The notes under the pieces are model-generated. The model worked only from the letters and a program-made list of their open reading frames with translations, searched no databases and had not been told where the DNA came from. This document shows positions 1 through 9,841 of a stretch of DNA of 64,000 nucleotides, piece by piece (position 1 is the first letter of the stretch; each line of letters starts with the position of its first letter). Source of the stretch: Diplonema japonicum (lineage: Eukaryota; Protista; Euglenozoa: Diplonemea); contig OZ025741.1 of NCBI GenBank assembly GCA_964019335.1, forward strand, positions 124,001 through 188,000. Reading direction: 5' to 3'. A program made the position numbers and the translations under genes.

Positions 1-2633
1 TGTTGGGGTATACCTTGACATTCGTCTCCCTCTGGATGTCATGCAGGTTGGTGCTGAAGTCTCCGATCTCGGAGGCCACCTGTGCCGTCTCCATCGCAGT
101 CTTCTCGGTGTTTGCAAGGCATTCCTTGATCTGCTGGTCGCGCTTCTGCGCCTCTGCTTTCTTCAGTTTCAGCTCGTTAACAAGGCGGTGGTTCTCTTTT
201 TGCAGCGTAGCTTTCGTCTTCCCTCTCTGCCCGCTGGAAGTGCAGGCTTGTACCGCTTGTCCCTTGCTCCTTAGAACGTCGCGGTGGTCCACCTGTCGGA
301 GTTTTTTTTTCTTTTTGTTGTTGTGAAAGCGTACCTGTTTTTCCATGTCCTCGACCTTTCTTTTTTGCTCCTTCTTCAGGTTGTGCAGCCGCTGCTCCAT
401 GATGTAGATCTCTCTCTTCATCCTGTTGATCTCCTCCTTGCCCACCATGGGGTCCAGCGCCAACTCCGTCTCCTTCGCAATCTGAATCTTCTTCTCCCAA
501 AACATGACGTTCCTTTCCGCGTCCAGGATGTGGTTCATCACGTCCTTCTTTGCCTCTTTGATATCCTGTTTAAAACCATTTTGTGTGTTGTGCTATGTGG
601 GTGTCATACATGGATCTTTCCTTCAAGTGCGATGGCTTCCTGTTTGCGCTGTTTTAAACGCTTCACAAGGTCGGTTTCAATGTTGAAATTGTCGTTGGAA
701 AGCTGATCTTGCGTCTGCGCGTTCTTCGCGAGCAGATCGTTGAGCTTACGTTGAAGGAGGTGCATGCTCTCCATCTGGTCGTCCAGCGTTCCGATCTCCT
801 TCGCCTGCTGCTTGGCATTGTCTGCAAGGGGGGTGCGTGGGGTTTCTTTTTTGTATGTCTCATACTGGTCAGTTTCAACCGTTTCTGTGTAAGTATGGTA
901 GATTGCGCCTTCAACTCTTGAATGGCCTTCCCCAGCTCCGATGCTTTGGTTTTGGTATTTACAAGTTCGGTCTGTGCTCTGATCCAGTCCCTTTGCAGGG
1001 AATCGTTCTCCAGAGATTTCGCGGTTATGGATTTCGACAAGTTGTTAATTGTCGCTTCAAGGGGCCCGACCCCTTCGCCCCCATCTTCCGTCCCTTGCTG
1101 GCCCATGATGGAGTCATATTGCCGGTTGAGCTGATCGAGCATCTTTTGCTTCCTCTCGATTTCGTCGTGTTTCCTTCTAATGTCTACTTGGAACTTCTCT
1201 ATAAGCTGGTCACGACCTGCCAGCTCCTTTTCAAGCTCTGTTAAAGTCCCTTTCAAACCCTCGTTGTGGGACTGGGTTTGCAATGTGTCCACGCGGATCC
1301 TTGCCAACTCGTTCTCCATTTGCGTGACCTGAAGCTCTTTGTCTCGTATGACGTTCTTCATCCTTTCGATTTCTTGAAGCGCCGACTGCGACCCTTTCTT
1401 CAGCGTTGTTTGGATGGAGAGCGTTTCGAGGACCTTGGCCTCCGCCTCTGCCACCTCGCGGGAGGTTTTTTGATGCCGTTTGGCGATGTTCATGATGTCG
1501 GTGTTGATGACTTTCATTTCAGACTCGACTTTTTTAGTCTGTGCGTCGGTGTGGTCTAGGGATCGCTTCAGCATGGTGAAGGAGTCGTTGGATTTCTGCT
1601 TTCTTTCTAGAAGCTGGTCGATCTGCTTCTCCAGGAAATTCACCTCATTCTCAGTCTTGGCGAGCGTTTGCGTGAACTTCTCGTTCCGTTCCTGCTCGGC
1701 TTTGATGGAGTGCCGGTACCCTATAATTTCGTTGTCCAACGTCATCAGTTGTTCCTTTTGCGCGTTAAGGGCTTCTTCTGTCGCGCGGAGCGTCTCATCA
1801 CGCCGTTGCATGCCGATAAGGGATGTCTTCCACTGTTGTAAAAGCTGTTTTTTTTCGAATTGAATGGCTTCCATCTCAGAGAGAGCTTCTGCGAGGGTGT
1901 CGCGGGCTATGTTTGTCTCTTCGGACTGCGACGCAAGCTGTGCTGTGTACATTGCGAGGTGTTGGGTTTTTGATTTGATTTGTTCGTTTAAATTGTCGAT
2001 CAAATAGTCCTGTTTGAGCTTCCCCGTTTCAAGCTTCTTTATAGCATCTTCCGCTGTGTATGTAGCGCGTTGCTCTATTGAGATTTCGCTTCGTATCTGT
2101 TCGTTGAACTGCTCCACACGTAGAAGAGTTTCGGAAAGTTTGTCGAGCTCGGCTTGGTACTTGAAGTATTTCTTCCGCATGGCTTCGATCTTTCCCTTGT
2201 TCTGCTCGAACTGTGTGAAGGCCTCTGCTCTTTCCGCTTCCTTCTCCTTCCGCAGTCGTTCCACCGCTGTTAAGTTGTCATGGCCCTTCTCAAGATTTTC
2301 TTGAAGTTTTGCAAGATGCTGTTGTACATTGTACAGTTCTACACCGGTGTCCTCTCTTCTCTGTTTTGTCCTGTTGAGCTCTGTGACCGTTTCCTTCAAA
2401 GTGAGCGCCAGTTCTTCCAAATTTTTGCGAAGCTGTACCTCGATTCTCCTTTGTACAGGTGCGAGGATCGCGCTTTCAGGATCGATGTCTGACCCGTCGC
2501 TTTCGTAGCCGCCTTCTTGCGGGATGTCTGGATGCCCTCCAGGGGCATCGCCTTCTGGCATTCCGTGGGGGATGTCCTCATCGTCAACAGGTGGTACACC
2601 TGAACCTGCGTCTGGGTGGCCAGATGGGTCCAT
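1..2633 (-). CDS. CCDC40: Coiled-coil domain protein 40 / FAP172 (axonemal ruler component); 3' end runs off the window
   Basis: First ATG at 2633. Removing GT-AG introns 822-865, 566-609 and 293-334 restores one frame giving ...FWEKKIQIAKETELALDPMVGKEEINRMKREIYIMEQRL..., a motif I recognise from CCDC40. RREDTGVELYNVQQHLAKLQ, KLKQDYLID and QQWKTSLIGMQRRDE also fit. A further donor (GTATAC) is likely at 13. Confidence 0.9.
293..334 (-). other. Spliceosomal intron (42 nt) in CCDC40
   Basis: GTACGC...CGACAG, A-rich, 3n length. Confidence 0.75.
566..609 (-). other. Spliceosomal intron (44 nt) in CCDC40
   Basis: GTATGA...AAACAG; removes an in-frame TGA and restores the frame. Confidence 0.85.
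822..865 (-). other. Spliceosomal intron (44 nt) in CCDC40
   Basis: GTATGA...TTGCAG; removal restores the coiled-coil reading frame. Confidence 0.85.
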
Positions 2634-2650
2634 TGGGTTTAACCCCACTC

Positions 2651-2733
2651 CTGTGTTTTGTTTGTTGTCGTGTATAAAAAGAAAGGAAGAAAAGAAAAAA
2701 AAAAGGAGTGAAAAGAGAAAAAAAAAAAAAAAA
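2651..2733 (-). promoter_or_regulatory. Putative trans-splice acceptor (polypyrimidine tract followed by CAG) upstream of CCDC40
   Basis: Minus strand reads a long T/C tract, then ...AAAACACAG (AG at 2651-2652) 17 nt before the ATG. Interpretation as an SL acceptor is inference. Confidence 0.45.
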
Positions 2734-2956
2734 AGGTACTTGTGGTTTTTTTATTTTTATTTTTTTTTTTTATTACTTTTGACCACTCAGAAAATGGCGA
2801 AATTAAATAGGAAAATGAAATCTCTCCTCCCCTCCCTCCCTTGCGCCTTTTGCTGCACCGTGTTTTGTGCATTCTTGCTTCACCTGCCAGGCGCGAGTGT
2901 CCCTGGGGAGCAATTCGTGAATCGAAGTAAAAACTCGATTTTTTTTTTTTTTATTT

Positions 2957-3539
2957 CACTCTTCAGAAATTACTTCACGCACTGGGGGGCCCATTACTTC
3001 ACGCTAAATCTCATTACTTCACGGTGAAATAATGGCCTGTTTCCCGTGAAGTAATAGGGGGTTTCCGTTAAATAATATGCCTCGGTAGGCCAATTTTTGC
3101 CTCGGTTCGGTTCCCAGTGGGGCTACTTTTTCCTCTCAGTTTGCTAATTTCCCCCCAGGTTCAGCTCAATTGGCCAACTTTTGCCTCGGCTCGGTTCCAA
3201 GTTGGACTACTTTTTCCTCCCAATTTGCCCACTTTTGGCTAGGCCTTGTTCCCAGTTTCTGGGGGTAACTCTTCTGTGGGTAAGGGTAACTTAGTCAGCT
3301 TACCCAAGCTCCCCAAAAGACTTCAAAATACCGAAGCAGCAGAAGAAAAGGAGCCAGCGGCCGCGCCAGGTATGGGAAGGCCTGATTAGAGATGGTGACA
3401 GTGGCAATGCCAGCGACAGCGGCAGCTCTTAGTCAACAAAAGGAGGGAAAACAACTTGTATTGTAACCTTTGTAACCCCTCTCTTGTTGTACCCCTTGTC
3501 ACCCTGTTGTGCCCCTCGTGGTGAAGTAATTTCAGAGTG
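2957..3539. mobile_element. MITE-like non-autonomous DNA element
   Basis: Imperfect TIRs CACTCT(TCA)GAAATTACTTCAC ... GTGAAGTAATTTCAGAGTG. Subterminal ATTACTTCACG at 2969, 2993, 3013 and inverted at 3045. No ORF, and no clear TSD. Confidence 0.55.
3088..3228. repeat. Two diverged 57-nt direct repeats (3088-3144, 3172-3228) inside the MITE-like element
   Basis: ggccaatttttgcctcggttcggttcccagtggggctactttttcctctcagtttgc vs ggccaacttttgcctcggctcggttccaagttggactactttttcctcccaatttgc. Confidence 0.8.
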
Positions 3540-3550
3540 TCGTGAAATAA

Positions 3551-3629
3551 AACCACTTACCTACCGCCAAGTAATGCTTTACCGACCTCGAGGTAACGGT
3601 AAAGTCATTACTTGTTGGCAGTAAATAGC

Positions 3630-3630
<1 letters not shown>
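3551..3630 (-). ncRNA. Long (~80 nt) RNA hairpin of unknown function
   Basis: CAAGUAAUG/CAUUACUUG, CUUUACCG/CGGUAAAG and ACC/GGU pair. The basal stem AGCUAUUUAC/GUAAGUGGUU pairs fully only on the minus strand, via G-U wobbles. Confidence 0.45.
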
Positions 3631-3666
<36 letters not shown>

Positions 3667-4704
3667 GGTACGCTGGTCAGTGCCTACCGCGGATTGGGGA
3701 TCCCTCACGGAGCAACAATGGCGAAATCCGCTTTTTTTTTTTCTCTTTTTTTTTTTTTTTTCCACCGTGACACGGCGTATTATTACAGAAATCTCTTTTT
3801 TTTTTTTTTTTTGCCTTTTTCTCAAGCCCATCCTGAACCCGTAGGTTTCGAATACAAGTAAGTACAAGTTCCATTGGGGTGACTGGGCACCTTTTCTCGG
3901 TCCATTGTACCTACAGCTTTTCTAAATGTTTTGCCGCTCCTTCCCTCAGGTGCTTGGACACCAGCAAAAGAAGATAGAAAGATAAAGGGGGGGCCGGTGT
4001 TGCGTTGATGGTGCCTTAGCACAAGCACTGTCTATTTGATTACAGGGAAAAAAAAAAGAAGAAGAAAGAAAAAAGAAAGAGGAGATGACAACAAAACAAA
4101 ACATAAGAAAATCTTTCTAGTTAAGAATTCTTTTTCTTTTTCTTTTTTTCTTCTTCTTGACTAAAAACCTTGCATTCGAATTAAAAAAAAAAAAAAGAAA
4201 CATGTTTTTGTGCAAGCCGGCGCAGCTGTCCGTTTTATCCTACTGTAACTGAAAAACGGCTTTGTTCATACAAGCCGGTGTTCATAGAGAGAAACAGACA
4301 AAGGCCTCTACTTTTTTTTTTTTTTTTTTGCAACAATTTTTTTCTTTTTTTTTTTTCGTTTCAAAGTTTTTGTTTACTTGTAACTGTTCATTTTTTTAAA
4401 AAAAAAAGGGGGAAGACAGACGGAAGAAGAAAAAAAAAAAAAAACTCAAATTAACATGCAAACTCCCAGAGCGAAAGCCGCATGCTAAAAAGGGAGGGGG
4501 TATGGTCAGTACTAGGTATCTCTCAGTTTCGATCTAATCTTGCGACTCCTCCAAGTGCTGATCTCTTCAGGCAAGAAGCACCCTTCATTGGCTCCCACTA
4601 GCGTCCCAGCAGGTTTGGAGAGTACTTTTCCCGACCACCAAAAAAAGAAAAACCGCCTTGATTCGACTCACAGGCTCTTATTGTTGATTGAAGGGGTCCT
4701 ATCC

Positions 4705-6702
4705 CTAGGTACACGTCTCGTGTAACTTGATGTCATGCTGGATGGAGACACGTTTGGTTTTTGACCTCGCCCAACTAGACGTGCGGACTATTGGGGGTTC
4801 GAATTCGGGATTCTCAGGGGGCGCGTTGTAGGCTGCGGGGCCTGGGCTGTTGGTGTTAAGAGCGAAATCAATATGGCGACGAGCGGACCCGAAAGTGCCC
4901 TTTGCAGAGGGCTGCTTCCGGAGAGATGACCGAAGTGAGCCGCTTGGGCTGCCACGTGCAGGGAGAGCCAGCTCACTCATGCTGCTCCTTGACCTGTGCA
5001 GGTTGGTGGTGGATCCTGCCCGTGGGCTGGGGCTTCTCTTCCCCGACCCGTCGCTGCCCTCTGTCGCAACTTCAATAGTATCGTTCCATTCCTCAAGAAG
5101 GCTCTTGAATTCTTCGGGTTCTTCCTTTTCATTTTTTTTTTCATTCTCTTTCTCTTTCTCTTTCTCTTTCTCTTTCTCGTTCTCTTCTTCTCCCCACGTA
5201 CCCAGGATGCCTGCAAGTTTTTCCTTTCTCGTCTGAGGCTTCGCGAGTTTCTTCACAACAATAACAGGCTCGCCCAGATCCTCTGCAGGGGTGGTCGGCG
5301 TCTTGGTGTGCTCGGGTTCTTTTTCCTCTTCTTCAGCCGGTTGTTCTTCTTTTTCTTCTTCTGCCTCCTCTTCAGGGGGGTCCTGTTCCGGTTCTACCTC
5401 CTCCTTTTCGTTGTTCTGTTCCTCTAATGCCTCTTCTTGCTCGCGTTTCTTCACTTCGTCGTCCCACTCCCCAAAGGCTGTCGCAAGCTTCTTCATCAGC
5501 TCCTCGGTGCTCAGATCAGCGTTCGAGTTCTGCAAGCTTTCATCGAGATCTTCCGCGGCCTCTTCGGCAGCCTCGGCCTCCGTATCCTTTGTATCTTCTT
5601 CTTTCGTATTCTCGTTAGCTTGCTGTTCTTCATCCTTCGATGGTGCTTCGTCTTCAGTACCAGCAACATCCGGGCCGTTAGCTGCTTCAGGGGCGGCTAC
5701 CTCTGTGCTGGTAGGCAGATCAGGACTTGTTGGGTGCTGGGGGCTAGTAGGGGCACCTTCTGGGGAACTGATGAGCTGTGGGATCTTCTTCATAGACCCT
5801 GCCAGCGAGTAGTCGGACATGTTCTCGAAGTAGTCGTTCTGCGGCGGCTCCGGTTCTGGCTCCGCAACTTCTTCCGGTTCCTCTTCCTCTGCGTCTTCCT
5901 CGTCCCCGCCGTGCTCCGCCACAAGCATGTCAAGCAACTTCTTCCCCTCACTGACCCCAACGACAGGCTGTGCGGGCACCTTGCTGTCATTGCTCGTTGC
6001 CAGCTTCTTGTCAGGCTTAGCGTCGGAACCTTTACGGGGTTTTATTCTGCTGCTGCCGGATCTTGCCATGGGACTGGGGCTCCTCGCGGGCTTTGCACCA
6101 GGTTCCGCGGCGCAGTTCCTGCATAAATAGTACTCGTAGATGCATTGTGTGCAGATGAAGGCGGGGACTAAACGGTCACACTTTGAGCACAAAGACGTGC
6201 CGCCGCCCACGAGGAGCGGGTCCTTGTCCTTGTCAATGGGGACGTAGGGGGTCATGAGATGGCGTTTGAGGCACTTGACGACACTGCCAAAGGGTGCCTG
6301 GGGGTTGATGGTGAGGGTGCCGTCCATAGTCTTGATGAAGTGGTTGAGAGGCTGGCGGATAGGGATGTGAAGGGGTGGCTTCTTCCAGGGTTTCTCGTCC
6401 ATTTGTCTGCTTCTAGGAGACGGGGAAGGGGACGGCTCTGCGCTTGGGCACGGCGAGGCCTTTCTGGATAACACTGTGAGGTCCACAACGGGGACTGCGT
6501 TCCTCTTCTCGCCCAGCCTGTCAAGGATCACACTGATCCTCCCTTTGCTGACGTCGAAGGGGTTCCCACCCCGCACAGTGGTCACTAGCTCCTTTTTCTT
6601 CTTTTTTTTCCGGCTCCCAATCTCCCGCCTTAACCCCCTGGTATCAGAGTCATACCCCTCTTGCAAGCTGGGGTACCCCGATACGTACCCAACCGGAGGC
6701 AT
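4705..6702 (-). CDS. Hypothetical 665-aa protein: Cys-rich zinc-finger-like motif, long Glu-rich region, C-terminal SHIPPO/PGP-like repeat
   Basis: ATG-initiated ORF with CSKC...CTQC...LCRNC and FGSARR...SPGPAAYN. The exact 3' end is uncertain (possible in-frame micro-intron near 4738-4788). Confidence 0.75.
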   Translation of the reverse strand: MPPVGYVSGYPSLQEGYDSDTRGLRREIGSRKKKKKKELVTTVRGGNPFDVSKGRISVILDRLGEKRNAVPVVDLTVLSRKASPCPSAEPSPSPSPRSRQMDEKPWKKPPLHIPIRQPLNHFIKTMDGTLTINPQAPFGSVVKCLKRHLMTPYVPIDKDKDPLLVGGGTSLCSKCDRLVPAFICTQCIYEYYLCRNCAAEPGAKPARSPSPMARSGSSRIKPRKGSDAKPDKKLATSNDSKVPAQPVVGVSEGKKLLDMLVAEHGGDEEDAEEEEPEEVAEPEPEPPQNDYFENMSDYSLAGSMKKIPQLISSPEGAPTSPQHPTSPDLPTSTEVAAPEAANGPDVAGTEDEAPSKDEEQQANENTKEEDTKDTEAEAAEEAAEDLDESLQNSNADLSTEELMKKLATAFGEWDDEVKKREQEEALEEQNNEKEEVEPEQDPPEEEAEEEKEEQPAEEEEKEPEHTKTPTTPAEDLGEPVIVVKKLAKPQTRKEKLAGILGTWGEEENEKEKEKEKEKENEKKNEKEEPEEFKSLLEEWNDTIEVATEGSDGSGKRSPSPRAGSTTNLHRSRSSMSELALPARGSPSGSLRSSLRKQPSAKGTFGSARRHIDFALNTNSPGPAAYNAPPENPEFEPPIVRTSSWARSKTKRVSIQHDIKLHETCT

Positions 6703-6865
6703 TTTTTTACTTTGTGTGGTTTTTTTTTTTTTTTTTTACCCCGACGAAAAGCAACCAAAAAAAAAAAATACACTTTCATTTTTTTTTTTTTTTTTTTTTT
6801 TTGGACATGGTAATAATACGCATTACGGGAAGATGGGGGGAAAGGGGGGGGATAATTTTCATTTT

Positions 6866-7687
6866 TCAATAATTTCGCGCCTCGTATAGCCTCAGCAGCC
6901 TCAAGGTGTCGGCTTTGCTGGGCTCCTCCTTGTACGGTTTCGGGTTAAACATTTCGCTGATTTCGCGCCGCTCCTCCTGCTTCGCCTGGATGCGCTGCTG
7001 CGCCGCCCCCCAGGCACCGACAACACGAGTGTTCGTATCTTTAAAAACCTCGTCCAGGTGCCACGAGACTCTGTCGGTTTCACTGTGATAGTAATATGCG
7101 TGCGCGCCAGGCTCTCCAGTGCAACAGTGCGTCCAACCGTGGAACTGTGCCAAGGACGGGTGGTCGACTTCGAGGGCTCGCCGTAAGATATCGATACACG
7201 GGGCACCAACACCTTCTGTGAGGTGAACATCACCATCCTCGTCTGGCTCCCCTGGGAGTTGTAAAATCGTGCAGGCGTAATTGTGTAGCTCCCGTGGTGT
7301 CGCCCGCCACTTCCCAGGGACGGTTGGGGTGTGCGCTGTCTTAGGTGCTTTCTTGTACACCCAGCATTTGCCTTCCCCCTCCTCCACCTGCTCGTATGTG
7401 TCGTGCGGCAGACAGTCTTTCGTGCTGTGCAGTTCGTCTGACATTCGTTCTACGGGCAGCATCTTCGCACCCCCGGATTTGAATAACATTCTCAACCCCA
7501 CCCCGACCCCTACAGCTGCAGTCACCCCTCCCGCCACCGTTCTATATGATGGCTCGCCCCATCCCGCCGCTTCTTGTTTAGCCTCCACCCTGACTGGTTC
7601 CTCGCCTCGAATATCTGCAAGGTACCGCTCAACATACTCGATCCCCCGCATGACACCTTCAGGGTGAAGCCCCCACAGGGATGTCAT
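6866..7687 (-). CDS. Hypothetical 273-aa protein with a WW-like domain and one hydrophobic segment
   Basis: GWTHCCTGEPGAHAYYYHSETDRVSWH fits the W...YYY..T..SW pattern; VAGGVTAAVGVGVGLRMLF is hydrophobic. Confidence 0.7.
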   Translation of the reverse strand: MTSLWGLHPEGVMRGIEYVERYLADIRGEEPVRVEAKQEAAGWGEPSYRTVAGGVTAAVGVGVGLRMLFKSGGAKMLPVERMSDELHSTKDCLPHDTYEQVEEGEGKCWVYKKAPKTAHTPTVPGKWRATPRELHNYACTILQLPGEPDEDGDVHLTEGVGAPCIDILRRALEVDHPSLAQFHGWTHCCTGEPGAHAYYYHSETDRVSWHLDEVFKDTNTRVVGAWGAAQQRIQAKQEERREISEMFNPKPYKEEPSKADTLRLLRLYEARNY

Positions 7688-7856
7688 TTTTTTTTTTTTT
7701 TTTTCTCTTCTCCTCCCTTCTCCTCTTTTTTTCTGGCGGAGGAATAATGGATGGAGTATTAATGATGACAGCTGAAAAAAAACAATTACAAATGAAGGGG
7801 AGGGGGAGTGCTACAACAGTCTAGTAGATTTCTTCTTTTTTGTTTTTACACAATCT

Positions 7857-8177
7857 TCATTTTTCTTCTAAAAGTGGAGGGGGGCTGGTGGGTGTAAACT
7901 GCTGCCGAAGAGAAGACACGGCTTCGATAAGCTCCGACAGTTTTTGAGTAGCGTCTGTGTTCGAGACTCCAGAGGTTACTGCTGCTCCCAACGCCTGTTC
8001 CAATGCCCTAACTGCATCATCTAAGTACTTCTCGGTTGGTAAAGCTCCGACGGGCAGCTCTGACTGCCGCTGCTGCTGCGTGTTTTCCAGAATCTCATCA
8101 ACCGCGTCGGAAAGACAGGTGAAGTTCGCCTCGATAACGTTCCCAATAGTGCTGGTGCTGGTGGTGCTAATATCCAT
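7857..8177 (-). CDS. Small hypothetical helical protein (106 aa)
   Basis: ATG at 8177 (MDISTTSTST...); coding-like composition between homopolymer tracts. The ORF-track extension upstream is translated poly(T). Confidence 0.6.
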   Translation of the reverse strand: MDISTTSTSTIGNVIEANFTCLSDAVDEILENTQQQRQSELPVGALPTEKYLDDAVRALEQALGAAVTSGVSNTDATQKLSELIEAVSSLRQQFTPTSPPPLLEEK

Positions 8178-8274
8178 TTCTTCCCTCCCCCCCCCCCCCC
8201 CCCCGCTCCCCAACCGCTGTATAAGCTTTTCTCGTTTTCTTTTAAGAACGGGAATAGAGGGAAAGAAGAACTGG

Positions 8275-8308
<34 letters not shown>

Positions 8309-8313
8309 ATACA

Positions 8314-9453
8314 CTACCCACTCTCACACGCTCTCATCAGCGCCAACCGTTGTTTTTCATCAGCCCAGTTCTCGAAAGATGAAAGCAAGGAGTGAATCGA
8401 CGCCTGCGTGGCATCCCACGTAGCCAACGGCTCCACCTTGGACTGTAAAAGCTCGGTGACTAACCGAGAGATGCAGAGAAGAGGGTCATGCTGCCATATC
8501 AAAGCGTCCCATATACGGAGAACCACGTCGTTGGGGAGCAGCGTTGTATGGGATGTGAGGACCATCATGGAGCCGAGGACTATACTAATGGTAGCGCGAA
8601 GAGGAGCTTCGAACTCCGAGGGGAAGGGTTCTGAAGAGATGGTGTTCACAAGGGTGTCGGCGAGCCTTCCGACCCGTGTTTCCCAGGGCTGGTTGAACCC
8701 AAGGACTACCTTCCTCACTACAAGGAACGCAAGCCCGGGCTCCTGAATCGCTTCGGCTATTCTGAAACAGACGGCTCTTAACCACAGAAGAACTTTGTCG
8801 TCACCCCCACACCACAACGGTCCATCCCTCACAGCTCCGTTGGTGTTATACACCACTAGTGGGTTCGCAAGGGGCTCCTCCAATCGGGACACAACATGGC
8901 ATCTTATGTACTGCCAGAGAAGTAATACGTTGACGAGGCCCTCGTGTTCTTTCTTCGTGTTGTTGAAGTTATCGAAACATTCTCTTAAATAATGGTCTTT
9001 GGAGCCGCAGTAGAAGCAGTTTCCGTCGAGAATGGCCTGTTTTCGTTTCTCGCTGTCAAGGGGTGAGATGCGTTGTGCGAATGGTAGTAAAGTGTGTGAA
9101 GGTGTCGTGCTGTGCAGGCCCATTGCGCTGGCGCATTGAACGTAATCGTTGTAGTTCTCGATGAGCGTTTCCTTGACGAACTCCGTGCACGTTGCGTTTG
9201 GCAGCACGCCGCACATTAGCAGCCAGGCTTTTTGCCGCAGTTCGTTGGGGCAGCCCACCCTCGGTACCAGATCTTCTAACTGATCCACGTCTCGTTTTTC
9301 CACAGCCAGCCTTATTTTGTGGTCCATCTCCGGTTGTTGTCTGCTCCTCCTCGCTCTGCTATTCGGTTCTTCCTGTGTCTTGCTGGCCCCGCCCTGTACC
9401 ATTCTCATCAGCGCCATCCGCTGCCTTGTCCCTGCATCGGTTTTCCCGCTCAT
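8314..9453 (-). CDS. TBC (Rab-GAP) domain protein resembling TBC1D7, with an inserted CCHC zinc knuckle
   Basis: CPNELRQKAWLLMCGVLP and VLRIWDALI match TBC motifs; CFYCGSKDHYLREC is CX2CX4HX4C. Confidence 0.7.
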   Translation of the reverse strand: MSGKTDAGTRQRMALMRMVQGGASKTQEEPNSRARRSRQQPEMDHKIRLAVEKRDVDQLEDLVPRVGCPNELRQKAWLLMCGVLPNATCTEFVKETLIENYNDYVQCASAMGLHSTTPSHTLLPFAQRISPLDSEKRKQAILDGNCFYCGSKDHYLRECFDNFNNTKKEHEGLVNVLLLWQYIRCHVVSRLEEPLANPLVVYNTNGAVRDGPLWCGGDDKVLLWLRAVCFRIAEAIQEPGLAFLVVRKVVLGFNQPWETRVGRLADTLVNTISSEPFPSEFEAPLRATISIVLGSMMVLTSHTTLLPNDVVLRIWDALIWQHDPLLCISRLVTELLQSKVEPLATWDATQASIHSLLSSFENWADEKQRLALMRACESG

Positions 9454-9649
9454 TTTCTTATCATACCCTATAAAAAAAGATATTCTCTGAAACTTATTAG
9501 GGGAAAAGAAAAAAAAAAGAAAGAAAGATGCGAAAAGAGAGAAAAACTACCATTTGGCGCGGGGAAAAAAAAAAGCAGAAAGCAGGGTAAAGACGAAAAA
9601 AAGAAGAAGGAAAATGGTGCAACATCGAAAAAAAAAAAAAAAAAAAAAA

Positions 9650-9690
9650 TGGGGCTTTGATTGCAACACTAGGTGGCGTTAAGCGTGCAA
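9650..9690. repeat. 41-nt dispersed repeat, copy 1
   Basis: tggggctttgattgcaacactaggtggcgttaagcgtgcaa is identical to 35104-35144; both copies directly follow a plus-strand A run. Confidence 0.95.
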
Positions 9691-9841
9691 CGAAGCACGA
9701 AATACCTACTTGATTACAGGGGGCGCTCCTCGGCCGAGCAGTAGCTTCTTCTGCGTTCCGCGTCGTGTCCTTAATGCATGCGGTGTGCTCAACCCTAGCC
9801 GGGGCGTCCCGGGTAACCAAGATTCTGCGCTCGTGCAGTTT

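Noticed and set aside
3551-3630. SECIS element or U1 snRNA (ACTTACCT)
   Set aside because: AUGA has no opposing GA quartet, and there is no U1 stem-loop or Sm site beyond the 8-mer.
3687-3730. Second HDV-like ribozyme (GCAACA...GGCGAA resemblance)
   Set aside because: No P1/P3/L3 arrangement could be built.
4510-4707. Stop-codon readthrough or an extra exon after the 665-aa ORF
   Set aside because: Three in-frame stops follow, and no splice pair matching the local intron consensus joins the downstream frames; other genes use standard stops.
9700-9740. 7SL/SRP RNA Alu-like UGUAA motif
   Set aside because: No SRP S-domain helix 8 motif downstream.
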